From Auanema rhodensis (Eukaryota; Animalia; Nematoda): a stretch of 64,000 bases of DNA. The notes below the pieces were generated by a model, which was not told the DNA's origin, ran no database searches, and worked only from the letters and a program-made list of their open reading frames with translations. The DNA is taken from positions 4,030,001-4,094,000 of the forward strand of contig OZ059895.1 of NCBI GenBank assembly GCA_964057225.1, read 5' to 3'. Each line of letters opens with the position of its first letter. The first letter of the stretch is position 1. Shown piece after piece: positions 39,733-53,772 of this stretch. A program made the position numbers and the translations under genes.

Positions 39733-42700
39733 TCCTCGATTTTCACCCTGAAGAATTAATTTTTTCGTTGAATAACATTGCCCATCGTCTTTGCCTTGAA
39801 AAAAGGAATCTAAAAACATCTACTTTTTGCTAAATTATTTTGAAATTTTTTGAAAAAATGTTTGTCAAAATGTTTTTGGAAGCAATGTTGAGTGTACATG
39901 GAAACTCAACATACACTAATGCATCATTTTTCAAACGATCATAACTAATTTTTGTATTAAGCGTTTCTCAATGAAGTATAGTGCATTCGATGCGGATTCT
40001 TAAGCTGCGTCGATCTGTGTTATCAGATTTGCGCTAGCTTAAAAATGCACCGAGATATCAACTGATATAAGTTCAAACTTATATCCTCGATTTTCACCCT
40101 GAAGAATTAATTTTTTCGTTGAATAACATTGTCCATCGTCTTTGCCTTAAAAAAATGAATCTAAAAACATCTACTTTTTGCTAAATTATTTTGAAATTTT
40201 TCGAAAAAATTTTTGTCAAAATGTTTTTGGAAGCAATGTTGAGTGTACATGGAAACTCAACATACACTAATGCATCATTTTTCAAACGATCATAACTAAT
40301 TTTTGTATTAAGCGTTTCTCAATGAAGTATAGTGCATTCGATGCGGATTTTTAAGCTGCGTCGATCTGTGTTATCAGATTTGCGCTAGCTTGAAAATGCA
40401 CCGAGATATCAACTGATATAAGTTCACACTTATATCCTCGATTTTCACCCTGAAGAATTAATTTTTTCGTTGAATAACATTGCCCATCGTCTTTGCCTTG
40501 AAAAAAGGAATCTAAAAACATCTACTTTTTGCTAAATTATTTTGAAATTTTTCGAAAAAATTTTTGTCAAAATGTTTTTGGAAGCAATGTTGAGTGTACA
40601 TGGAAACTCAACATACACTAATGCATCATTTTTCAAACGATCATAACTAAGTTTTGTATTAAGCGTTTCTCAATGAAGTATAGTGCATTCGATGCGGATT
40701 TTTAAGCTGCGTCGATCTGTGTTATCAGATTTGCGCTAGCTTGAAAATGCACCGAGATATCAACTGATATAAGTTCACACTTATATCCTCGATTTTCACC
40801 CTGAAGAATTAATTTTTTCGTTGAATAACATTGCCCATCGTCTTTGCCTTAAAAAAAGGAATCTAAAAACATCTACTTTTTGCTAAATTATTTTGAAATT
40901 TTTTGAAAAAATTTTTGTCAAAATGTTTTTGGAAGCAATGTTGAGTGTACATGGAAACTCAACATACACTAATGCATCATTTTTCAAACGATCATAACTA
41001 ATTTTTGTATAAAGCGTTTCTCAATGAAGTATAGTGCAATCGATGCGGATTTTTAAGCTGCGTCGATCTGTGTTATCAGATTTGCGCTAGCTTGAAAATG
41101 CACCGAGATATCAACTGATATAAGTTCACACTTATATCCTCGATTTTCACCCTGAAGAATTAATTTTTTCGTTGAATAACATTGTCCATCGTCTTTGCCT
41201 TAAAAAAATGAATCTAAAAACATCTACTTTTTGCTAAATTATTTTGAAATTTTTCGAAAAAATTTTTGTCAAAATGTTTTTGGAAGCAATGTTGAGTGTA
41301 CATGGAAACTCAACATACACTAATGCATCATTTTTCAAACGATCATAACTAATTTTTGTATTAAGCGTTTCTCAATGAAGTATAGTGCATTCGATGCGGA
41401 TTTTTAAGCTGCGTCGATCTGTGTTATCAGATTTGCGCTAGCTTGAAAATGCACCGAGATATCAACTGATATAAGTTCACACTTATATCCTCGATTTTCA
41501 CCCTGAAGAATTAATTTTTTCGTTGAATAACATTGCCCATCGTCTTTGCCTTGAAAAAAGGAATCTAAAAACATCTACTTTTTGCTAAATTATTTTGAAA
41601 TTTTTCGAAAAAATTTTTGTCAAAATGTTTTTGGAAGCAATGTTGAGTGTACATGGAAACTCAACATACACTAATGCATCATTTTTCAAACGATCATAAC
41701 TAATTTTTGTATTAAGCGTTTCTCAATGAAGTATAGTGCATTCGATGCGGATTTTTAAGCTGCGTCGATCTGTGTTATCAGATTTGCGCTAGCTTGAAAA
41801 TGCACCGAGATATCAACTGATATAAGTTCACACTTATATCCTCGATTTTCACCCTGAAGAATTAATTTTTTCGTTGAATAACATTGTCCATCGTCTTTGC
41901 CTTAAAAAAATGAATCTAAAAACATCTACTTTTTGCTAAATTATTTTGAAATTTTTCGAAAAAATTTTTGTCAAAATGTTTTTGGAAGCAATGTTGAGTG
42001 TACATGGAAACTCAACATACACTAATGCATCATTTTTCAAACGATCATAACTAATTTTTGTATTAAGCGTTTCTCAATGAAGTATAGTGCATTCGATGCG
42101 GATTTTTAAGCTGCGTCGATCTGTGTTATCAGATTTGCGCTAGCTTGAAAATGCACCGAGATATCAACTGATATAAGTTCACACTTATATCCTCGATTTT
42201 CACCCTGAAGAATTAATTTTTTCGTTGAATAACATTGCCCATCGTCTTTGCCTTGAAAAAAGGAATCTAAAAACATCTACTTTTTGCTAAATTATTCTGA
42301 AATTTTTTGAAAAAATTTTTGTCAAAATGTTTTTGGAAGCAATGTTGAGTGTACATGGAAACTCAACATACACTAATGCATCATTTTTCAAACGATCATA
42401 ACTAATTTTTGTATTAAGCGTTTCTCAATGAAGTATAGTGCATTCGATGCGGATTTTTAAGCTGCGTCGATCTGTGTTATCAGATTTGCGCTAGCTTGAA
42501 AATGCACCGAGATATCAACTGATATAAGTTCACACTTATATCCTCGATTTTCACCCTGAAGAATTAATTTTTTCGTTGAATAACATTGCCCATCGTCTTT
42601 GCCTTGAAAAAAGGAATCTAAAAACATCTACTTTTTGCTAAATTATTTTGAAATTTTTCGAAAAAATTTTTGTCAAAATGTTTTTGGAAGCAATGTTGAG

Positions 42701-45700
42701 TGTACATGGAAACTCAACATACACTAATGCATCATTTTTCAAACGATCATAACTAATTTTTGTATTAAGCGTTTCTCAATGAAGTATAGTGCATTCGATG
42801 CGGATTTTTAAGCTGCGTCGATCTGTGTTATCAGATTTGCGCTAGCTTGAAAATGCACCGAGATATCAACTGATATAAGTTCACACTTATATCCTCGATT
42901 TTCACCCTGAAGAATTAATTTTTTCGTTGAATAACATTGCCCATCGTCTTTGCCTTGAAAAAAGGAATCTAAAAACATCTACTTTTTGCTAAATTATTTT
43001 GAAATTTTTCGAAAAAATTTTTGTCAAAATGTTTTTGGAAGCAATGTTGAGTGTACATGGAAACTCAACATACACTAATGCATCATTTTTCAAACGATCA
43101 TAACTAATTTTTGTATTAAGCGTTTCTCAATGAAGTATAGTGCATTCGATGCGGATTTTTAAGCTGCGTCGATCTGTGTTATCAGATTTGCGCTAGCTTG
43201 AAAATGCACCGAGATATCAACTGATATAAGTTCACACTTATATCCTCGATTTTCACCCTGAAGAATCAATTTTTTCGTTGAATAACATTGCCCATCGTCT
43301 TTGCCTTGAAAAAAGGAATCTAAAAACATCTACTTTTTGCTAAATTATTTTGAAATTTTTCGAAAAAATTTTTGTCAAAATGTTTTTGGAAGCAATGTTG
43401 AGTGTACATGGAAACTCAACATACACTAATGCATCATTTTTCAAACGATCATAACTAAGTTTTGTATTAAGCGTTTCTCAATGAAGTATAGTGCATTCGA
43501 TGCGGATTTTTAAACTGCGTCGATCTGTGTTATCAGATTTGCGCTAGCTTGAAAATGCACCGAGATATCAACTGATATAAGTTCACACTTATATCCTCGA
43601 TTTTCACCCTGAAGAATTAATTTTTTCGTTGAATAACATTGCCCATCGTCTTTGCCTTGAAAAAAGGAATCTAAAAACATCTACTTTTTGCTAAATTATT
43701 TTGAAATTTTTCGAAAAAATTTTTGTCAAAATGTTTTTGGAAGCAATGTTGAGTGTACATGGAAACTCAACATACACTAATGCATCATTTTTCAAACGAT
43801 CATAACTAATTTTTGTATTAAGCGTTTCTCAATGAAGTATAGTGCATTCGATGCGGATTTTTAAGCTGCGTCGATCTGTGTTATCAGATTTGCGCTAGCT
43901 TGAAAATGCACCGAGATATCAACTGATATAAGTTCACACTTATATCCTCGATTTTCACCCTGAAGAATTAATTTTTTCGTTGAATAACATTGCCCATCGT
44001 CTTTGCCTTGAAAAAAGGAATCTAAAAACATCTACTTTTTGCTAAATTATTTTGAAATTTTTTGAAAAAATGTTTGTCAAAATGTTTTTGGAAGCAATGT
44101 TGAGTGTACATGGAAACTCAACATACACTAATGCATCATTTTTCAAACGATCATAACTAATTTTTGTATTAAGCGTTTCTCAATGAAGTATAGTGCATTC
44201 GATGCGGATTCTTAAGCTGCGTCGATCTGTGTTATCAGATTTGCGCTAGCTTAAAAATGCACCGAGATATCAACTGATATAAGTTCAAACTTATATCCTC
44301 GATTTTCACCCTGAAGAATTAATTTTTTCGTTGAATAACATTGTCCATCGTCTTTGCCTTAAAAAAATGAATCTAAAAACATCTACTTTTTGCTAAATTA
44401 TTTTGAAATTTTTCGAAAAAATTTTTGTCAAAATGTTTTTGGAAGCAATGTTGAGTGTACATGGAAACTCAACATACACTAATGCATCATTTTTCAAACG
44501 ATCATAACTAATTTTTGTATTAAGCGTTTCTCAATGAAGTATAGTGCATTCGATGCGGATTTTTAAGCTGCGTCGATCTGTGTTATCAGATTTGCGCTAG
44601 CTTGAAAATGCACCGAGATATCAACTGATATAAGTTCACACTTATATCCTCGATTTTCACCCTGAAGAATTAATTTTTTCGTTGAATAACATTGCCCATC
44701 GTCTTTGCCTTGAAAAAAGGAATCTAAAAACATCTACTTTTTGCTAAATTATTTTGAAATTTTTCGAAAAAATTTTTGTCAAAATGTTTTTGGAAGCAAT
44801 GTTGAGTGTACATGGAAACTCAACATACACTAATGCATCATTTTTCAAACGATCATAACTAAGTTTTGTATTAAGCGTTTCTCAATGAAGTATAGTGCAT
44901 TCGATGCGGATTTTTAAGCTGCGTCGATCTGTGTTATCAGATTTGCGCTAGCTTGAAAATGCACCGAGATATCAACTGATATAAGTTCACACTTATATCC
45001 TCGATTTTCACCCTGAAGAATTAATTTTTTCGTTGAATAACATTGCCCATCGTCTTTGCCTTGAAAAAAGGAATCTAAAAACATCTACTTTTTGCTAAAT
45101 TATTTTGAAATTTTTTGAAAAAATTTTTGTCAAAATGTTTTTGGAAGCAATGTTGAGTGTACATGGAAACTCAACATACACTAATGCATCATTTTTCAAA
45201 CGATCATAACTAATTTTTGTATAAAGCGTTTCTCAATGAAGTATAGTGCAATCGATGCGGATTTTTAAGCTGCGTCGATCTGTGTTATCAGATTTGCGCT
45301 AGCTTGAAAATGCACCGAGATATCAACTGATATAAGTTCACACTTATATCCTCGATTTTCACCCTGAAGAATTAATTTTTTCGTTGAATAACATTGTCCA
45401 TCGTCTTTGCCTTAAAAAAATGAATCTAAAAACATCTACTTTTTGCTAAATTATTTTGAAATTTTTCGAAAAAATTTTTGTCAAAATGTTTTTGGAAGCA
45501 ATGTTGAGTGTACATGGAAACTCAACATACACTAATGCATCATTTTTCAAACGATCATAACTAATTTTTGTATTAAGCGTTTCTCAATGAAGTATAGTGC
45601 ATTCGATGCGGATTTTTAAGCTGCGTCGATCTGTGTTATCAGATTTGCGCTAGCTTGAAAATGCACCGAGATATCAACTGATATAAGTTCACACTTATAT

Positions 45701-47454
45701 CCTCGATTTTCACCCTGAAGAATTAATTTTTTCGTTGAATAACATTGCCCATCGTCTTTGCCTTGAAAAAAGGAATCTAAAAACATCTACTTTTTGCTAA
45801 ATTATTTTGAAATTTTTCGAAAAAATTTTTGTCAAAATGTTTTTGGAAGCAATGTTGAGTGTACATGGAAACTCAACATACACTAATGCATCATTTTTCA
45901 AACGATCATAACTAATTTTTGTATTAAGCGTTTCTCAATGAAGTATAGTGCATTCGATGCGGATTTTTAAGCTGCGTCGATCTGTGTTATCAGATTTGCG
46001 CTAGCTTGAAAATGCACCGAGATATCAACTGATATAAGTTCACACTTATATCCTCGATTTTCACCCTGAAGAATTAATTTTTTCGTTGAATAACATTGTC
46101 CATCGTCTTTGCCTTAAAAAAATGAATCTAAAAACATCTACTTTTTGCTAAATTATTTTGAAATTTTTCGAAAAAATTTTTGTCAAAATGTTTTTGGAAG
46201 CAATGTTGAGTGTACATGGAAACTCAACATACACTAATGCATCATTTTTCAAACGATCATAACTAATTTTTGTATTAAGCGTTTCTCAATGAAGTATAGT
46301 GCATTCGATGCGGATTTTTAAGCTGCGTCGATCTGTGTTATCAGATTTGCGCTAGCTTGAAAATGCACCGAGATATCAACTGATATAAGTTCACACTTAT
46401 ATCCTCGATTTTCACCCTGAAGAATTAATTTTTTCGTTGAATAACATTGCCCATCGTCTTTGCCTTGAAAAAAGGAATCTAAAAACATCTACTTTTTGCT
46501 AAATTATTCTGAAATTTTTTGAAAAAATTTTTGTCAAAATGTTTTTGGAAGCAATGTTGAGTGTACATGGAAACTCAACATACACTAATGCATCATTTTT
46601 CAAACGATCATAACTAATTTTTGTATTAAGCGTTTCTCAATGAAGTATAGTGCATTCGATGCGGATTTTTAAGCTGCGTCGATCTGTGTTATCAGATTTG
46701 CGCTAGCTTGAAAATGCACCGAGATATCAACTGATATAAGTTCACACTTATATCCTCGATTTTCACCCTGAAGAATCAATTTTTTCGTTGAATAACATTG
46801 CCCATCGTCTTTGCCTTGAAAAAAGGAATCTAAAAACATCTACTTTTTGCTAAATTATTTTGAAATTTTTCGAAAAAATTTTTGTCAAAATGTTTTTGGA
46901 AGCAATGTTGAGTGTACATGGAAACTCAACATACACTAATGCATCATTTTTCAAACGATCATAACTAAGTTTTGTATTAAGCGTTTCTCAATGAAGTATA
47001 GTGCATTCGATGCGGATTTTTAAACTGCGTCGATCTGTGTTATCAGATTTGCGCTAGCTTGAAAATGCACCGAGATATCAACTGATATAAGTTCACACTT
47101 ATATCCTCGATTTTCACCCTGAAGAATTAATTTTTTCGTTGAATAACATTGCCCATCGTCTTTGCCTTGAAAAAAGGAATCTAAAAACATCTACTTTTTG
47201 CTAAATTATTTTGAAATTTTTCGAAAAAATTTTTGTCAAAATGTTTTTGGAAGCAATGTTGAGTGTACATGGAAACTCAACATACACTAATGCATCATTT
47301 TTCAAACGATCATAACTAATTTTTGTATTAAGCGTTTCTCAATGAAGTATAGTGCATTCGATGCGGATTTTTAAGCTGCGTCGATCTGTGTTATCAGATT
47401 TGCGCTAGCTTGAAAATGCACCGAGATATCAACTGATATAAGTTCACACTTATA
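39733..47454 (-). repeat. 12-mer (4212-bp) duplication whose second copy is 2 units shorter (approximate limits)
   Basis: Markers at +4212: 39999/44211, 41011/45223, 42297/46509. Later markers at +3510: 43267/46777, 43514/47024. Confidence 0.82.
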
Positions 47455-50400
47455 TCCTCGATTTTCACCCTGAAGAATTAATTTTTTCGTTGAATAACAT
47501 TGCCCATCGTCTTTGCCTTGAAAAAAGGAATCTAAAAACATCTACTTTTTGCTAAATTATTTTGAAATTTTTCGAAAAAATTTTTGTCAAAATGTTTTTG
47601 GAAGCAATGTTGAGTGTACATGGAAACTCAACATACACTAATGCATCATTTTTCAAACGATCATAACTAAGTTTTGTATTAAGCGTTTCTCAATGAAGTA
47701 TAGTGCATTCGATGCGGATTTTTAAGCTGCGTCGATCTGTGTTATCAGATTTGCGCTAGCTTGAAAATGAACCGAGATATCAACTGATATAAGTTCACAC
47801 TTATATCCTCGATTTTCACCCTGAAGAATTAATTTTTTCGTTGAATAACATTGTCCATCGTCTTTGCCTTAAAAAAATGAATCTAAAAACATCTACTTTT
47901 TGCTAAATTATTTTGAAATTTTTCGAAAAAATTTTTGTCAAAATGTTTTTGGAAGCAATGTTGAGTGTACATGGAAACTCAACATACACTAATGCATCAT
48001 TTTTCAAACGATCATAACTAATTTTTGTATTAAGCGTTTCTCAATGAAGTATAGTGCATTCGATGCGGATTTTTAAGCTGCGTCGATCTGTGTTATCAGA
48101 TTTGCGCTAGCTTGAAAATGCACCGAGATATCAACTGATATAAGTTCACACTTATATCCTCGATTTTCACCCTGAAGAATTAATTTTTTCGTTGAATAAC
48201 ATTGTCCATCGTCTTTGCCTTAAAAAAATGAATCTAAAAACATCTACTTTTTGCTAAATTATTTTGAAATTTTTCGAAAAAATTTTTGTCAAAATGTTTT
48301 TGGAAGCAATGTTGAGTGTACATGGAAACTCAACATACACTAATGCATCATTTTTCAAACGATCATAACTAATTTTTGTATTAAGCGTTTCTCAATGAAG
48401 TATAGTGCAATCGATGCGGATTTTTAAGCTGCGTCGATCTGTGTTATCAGATTTGCGCTAGCTTGAAAATGCACCGAGATATCAACTGATATAAGTTCAC
48501 ACTTATATCCTCGATTTTCACCCTGAAGAATTAATTTTTTCGTTGAATAACATTGCCCATCGTCTTTGCCTCGAAAAAAGGAATCTAAAAACATCTACTT
48601 TTTGCTAAATTATTTTGAAATTTTTCGAAAAAATTTTTGTCAAAATGTTTTTGGAAGCAATGTTGAGTGTACATGGAAACTCAACATACACTAATGCATC
48701 ATTTTTCAAACGATCATAACTAATTTTTGTATTAAGCGTTTCTCAATGAAGTATAGTGCATTCGATGCGGATTTTTATGCTGCGTCGATCTGTGTTATCA
48801 GATTTGCGCTAGCTTGAAAATGCACCGAGATATCAACTGATATAAGTTCACACTTATATCCTCGATTTTCACCCTGAAGAATTAATTTTTTCGTTGAATA
48901 ACATTGCCCATCGTCTTTGCCTTGAAAAAAGGAATCTAAAAACATCTACTTTTTGCTAAATTATTTTGAAATTTTTCGAAAAAATTTTTGTCAAAATGTT
49001 TTTGGAAGCAATGTTGAGTGTACATGGAAACTCAACATACACTAATGCATCATTTTTCACACGATCATAACTAAGTTTTGTATTAAGCGTTTCTCAATGA
49101 AGTATAGTGCATTCGATGCGGATTTTTAAGCTGCGTCGATCTGTGTTATCAGATTTGCGCTAGCTTGAAAGTGCACCGAGATATCAACTGATATAAGTTC
49201 ACACTTATATCCTCGATTTTCACCCTGAAGAATTAATTTTTTCGTTGAATAACATTGCCCATCGTCTTTGCCTTGAAAAAAGGAATCTAAAAACATCTAC
49301 TTTTTGCTAAATTATTTTGAAATTTTTTGAAAAAATTTTTGTCAAAATGTTTTTGGAAGCAATGTTGAGTGTACATGGAAACTCAACATACACTAATGCA
49401 TCATTTTTCAAACGATCATAACTAATTTTTGTATGAAGCGTTTCTCAATGAAGTATAGTGCAATCGATGCGGATTTTTAAGCTGCGTCGATCTGTGTTAT
49501 CAGATTTGCGCTAGCTTGAAAATGCACCGAGATATCAACTGATATAAGTTCACACTTATATCCTCGATTTTCACCCTGAAGAATTAATTTTTTCGTTGAA
49601 TAACATTGCCCATCGTCTTTGCCTTGAAAAAAGGAATCTAAAAACATCTACTTTTTGCTAAATTATCTTGAAATTTTTCGAAAAAATTTTTGTCAAAATG
49701 TTTTTGGAAGCAATGTTGAGTGTACATGGAAACTCAACATACACTAATGCATCATTTTTCAAACGATCATAACTAATTTTTGTATTAAGCGTTTCTCAAT
49801 GAAGTATTGTGCATTCGATGCGGATTTTTAAGCTGCGTCGATCTGTGTTATCAGATTTGCGCTAGCTTGAAAATGCACCGAGATATCAACTGATATAAGT
49901 TCACACTTATATCCTCGATTTTCACCCTGAAGAATTAATTTTTTCGTTGAATAACATTGTCCATCGTCTTTGCCTTAAAAAAATGAATCTAAAAACATCT
50001 ACTTTTTGCTAAATTATTTTGAAATTTTTCGAAAAAATTTTTGTCAAAATGTTTTTGGAAGCAATGTTGAGTGTACATGGAAACTCAACATACACTAATG
50101 CATCATTTTTCAAACGATCATAACTAATTTTTGTATTAAGCGTTTCTCAATGAAGTATAGTGCATTCGATGCGGATTTTTAAGCTGCGTCGATCTGTGTT
50201 ATCAGATTTGCGCTAGCTTGAAAATGCACCGAGATATCAACTGATATAAGTTCACACTTATATCCTCGATTTTCACCCTGAAGAATTAATTTTTTCGTTG
50301 AATAACATTGCCCATCGTCTTTGCCTTGAAAAAAGGAATCTAAAAACATCTACTTTTTGCTAAATTATTTTGAAATTTTTTGAAAAAATTTTTGTCAAAA

Positions 50401-53400
50401 TGTTTTTGGAAGCAATGTTGAGTGTACATGGAAACTCAACATACACTAATGCATCATTTTTCAAACGATCATAACTAATTTTTGTATTAAGCGTTTCTCA
50501 ATGAAGTATAGTGCATTCGATGCGGATTTTTAAGCTGCGTCGATCTGTGTTATCAGATTTGCGCTAGCTTGAAAATGCACCGAGATATCAACTGATATAA
50601 GTTCACACTTATATCCTCGATTTTCACCCTGAAGAATTAATTTTTTCGTTGAATAACATTGCCCATCGTCTTTGCCTTGAAAAAAGGAATCTAAAAACAT
50701 CTACTTTTTGCTAAATTATTTTGAAATTTTTCGAAAAAATTTTTGTCAAAATGTTTTTGGAAGCAATGTTGAGTGTACATGGAAACTCAACATACACTAA
50801 TGCATCATTTTTCAAACGATCATAACTAAGTTTTGTATTAAGCGTTTCTCAATGAAGTATAGTGCATTCGATGCGGATTTTTAAACTGCGTCGATCTGTG
50901 TTATCAGATTTGCGCTAGCTTGAAAATGCACCGAGATATCAACTGATATAAGTTCACACTTATATCCTCGATTTTCACCCTGAAGAATTAATTTTTTCGT
51001 TGAATAACATTGCCCATCGTCTTTGCCTTGAAAAAAGGAATCTAAAAACATCTACTTTTTGCTAAATTATTTTGAAATTTTTCGAAAAAATTTTTGTCAA
51101 AATGTTTTTGGAAGCAATGTTGAGTGTACATGGAAACTCAACATACACTAATGCATCATTTTTCAAACGATCATAACTAATTTTTGTATTAAGCGTTTCT
51201 CAATGAAGTATAGTGCATTCGATGCGGATTTTTAAGCTGCGTCGATCTGTGTTATCAGATTTGCGCTAGCTTGAAAATGCACCGAGATATCAACTGATAT
51301 AAGTTCACACTTATATCCTCGATTTTCACCCTGAAGAATTAATTTTTTCGTTGAATAACATTGCCCATCGTCTTTGCCTTGAAAAAAGGAATCTAAAAAC
51401 ATCTACTTTTTGCTAAATTATTTTGAAATTTTTCGAAAAAATTTTTGTCAAAATGTTTTTGGAAGCAATGTTGAGTGTACATGGAAACTCAACATACACT
51501 AATGCATCATTTTTCAAACGATCATAACTAAGTTTTGTATTAAGCGTTTCTCAATGAAGTATAGTGCATTCGATGCGGATTTTTAAGCTGCGTCGATCTG
51601 TGTTATCAGAATTGCGCTAGCTTGAAAATGCACCGAGATATCAACTGATATAAGTTCACACTTATATCCTCGATTTTCACCCTGAAGAATTAATTTTTTC
51701 GTTGAATAACATTGTCCATCGTCTTTGCCTTAAAAAAATGAATCTAAAAACATCTACTTTTTGCTAAATTATTTTGAAATTTTTCGAAAAAATTTTTGTC
51801 AAAATGTTTTTGGAAGCAATGTTGAGTGTACATGGAAACTCAACATACACTAATGCATCATTTTTCAAACGATCATAACTAATTTTTGTATTAAGCGTTT
51901 CTCAATGAAGTATAGTGCATTCGATGCGGATTTTTAAGCTGCGTCGATCTGTGTTATCAGATTTGCGCTAGCTTGAAAATGCACCGAGATATCAACTGAT
52001 ATAAGTTCACACTTATATCCTCGATTTTCACCCTGAAGAATTAATTTTTTCGTTGAATAACATTGCCCATCGTCTTTGCCTTGAAAAAAGGAATCTAAAA
52101 ACATCTACTTTTTGCTAAATTATTTTGAAATTTTTTGAAAAAATTTTTGTCAAAATGTTTTTGGAAGCAATGTTGAGTGTACATGGAAACTCAACATACA
52201 CTAATGCATCATTTTTCAAACGATCATAACTAATTTTTGTATAAAGCGTTTCTCAATGAAGTATAGTGCAATCGATGCGGATTTTTAAGCTGCGTCGATC
52301 TGTGTTATCAGATTTGCGCTAGCTTGAAAATGCACCGAGATATCAACTGATATAAGTTCACACTTATATCCTCGATTTTCACCCTGAAGAATTAATTTTT
52401 TCGTTGAATAACATTGCCCATCGTCTTTGCCTTGAAAAAAGGAATCTAAAAACATCTACTTTTTGCTAAATTATTTTGAAATTTTTCGAAAAAATTTTTG
52501 TCAAAATGTTTTTGGAAGCAATGTTGAGTGTACATGGAAACTCAACATACACTAATGCATCATTTTTCAAACGATCATAACTAATTTTTGTATTAAGCGT
52601 TTCTCAATGAAGTATAGTGCATTCGATGCGGATTTTTAAGCTGCGTCGATCTGTGTTATCAGATTTGCGCTAGCTTGAAAGTGCACCGAGATATCAACTG
52701 ATATAAGTTCACACTTATATCCTCGATTTTCACCCTGAAGAATTAATTTTTTCGTTGAATAACATTGCCCATCGTCTTTGCCTTGAAAAAAGGAATCTAA
52801 AAACATCTACTTTTTGCTAAATTATTTTGAAATTTTTTGAAAAAATTTTTGTCAAAATGTTTTTGGAAGCAATGTTGAGTGTACATGGAAACTCAACATA
52901 CACTAATGCATCATTTTTCAAACGATCATAACTAATTTTTGTATTAAGCGTTTCTCAATGAAGTATTGTGCATTCGATGCGGATTTTTAAGCTGCGTCGA
53001 TCTGTGTTATCAGATTTGCGCTAGCTTGAAAATGCACCGAGATATCAACTGATATAAGTTCACACTTATATCCTCGATTTTCACCCTGAAGAATTAATTT
53101 TTTCGTTGAATAACATTGCCCATCGTCTTTGCCTTGAAAAAAGGAATCTAAAAACATCTACTTTTTGCTAAATTATTTTGAAATTTTTTGAAAAAATTTT
53201 TGTCAAAATGTTTTTGGAAGCAATGTTGAGTGTACATGGAAACTCAACATACACTAATGCATCATTTTTCAAACGATCATAACTAATTTTTGTATTAAGC
53301 GTTTCTCAATGAAGTATAGTGCATTCGATGCGGATTTTTAAGCTGCGTCGATCTGTGTTATCAGATTTGCGCTAGCTTGAAAATGCACCGAGATATCAAC

Positions 53401-53772
53401 TGATATAAGTTCACACTTATATCCTCGATTTTCACCCTGAAGAATTAATTTTTTCGTTGAATAACATTGCCCATCGTCTTTGCCTTGAAAAAAGGAATCT
53501 AAAAACATCTACTTTTTGCTAAATTATTTTGAAATTTTTTGAAAAAATTTTTGTCAAAATGTTTTTGGAAGCAATGTTGAGTGTACATGGAAACTCAACA
53601 TACACTAATGCATCATTTTTCAAACGATCATAACTAATTTTTGTATAAAGCGTTTTTCAATGAAGTATAGTGCAATCGATGCGGATTTTTAAGCTGCGTC
53701 GATCTGTGTTATCAGATTTGCGCTAGCTTGAAAATGCACCGAGATATCAACTGATATAAGTTCACACTTATA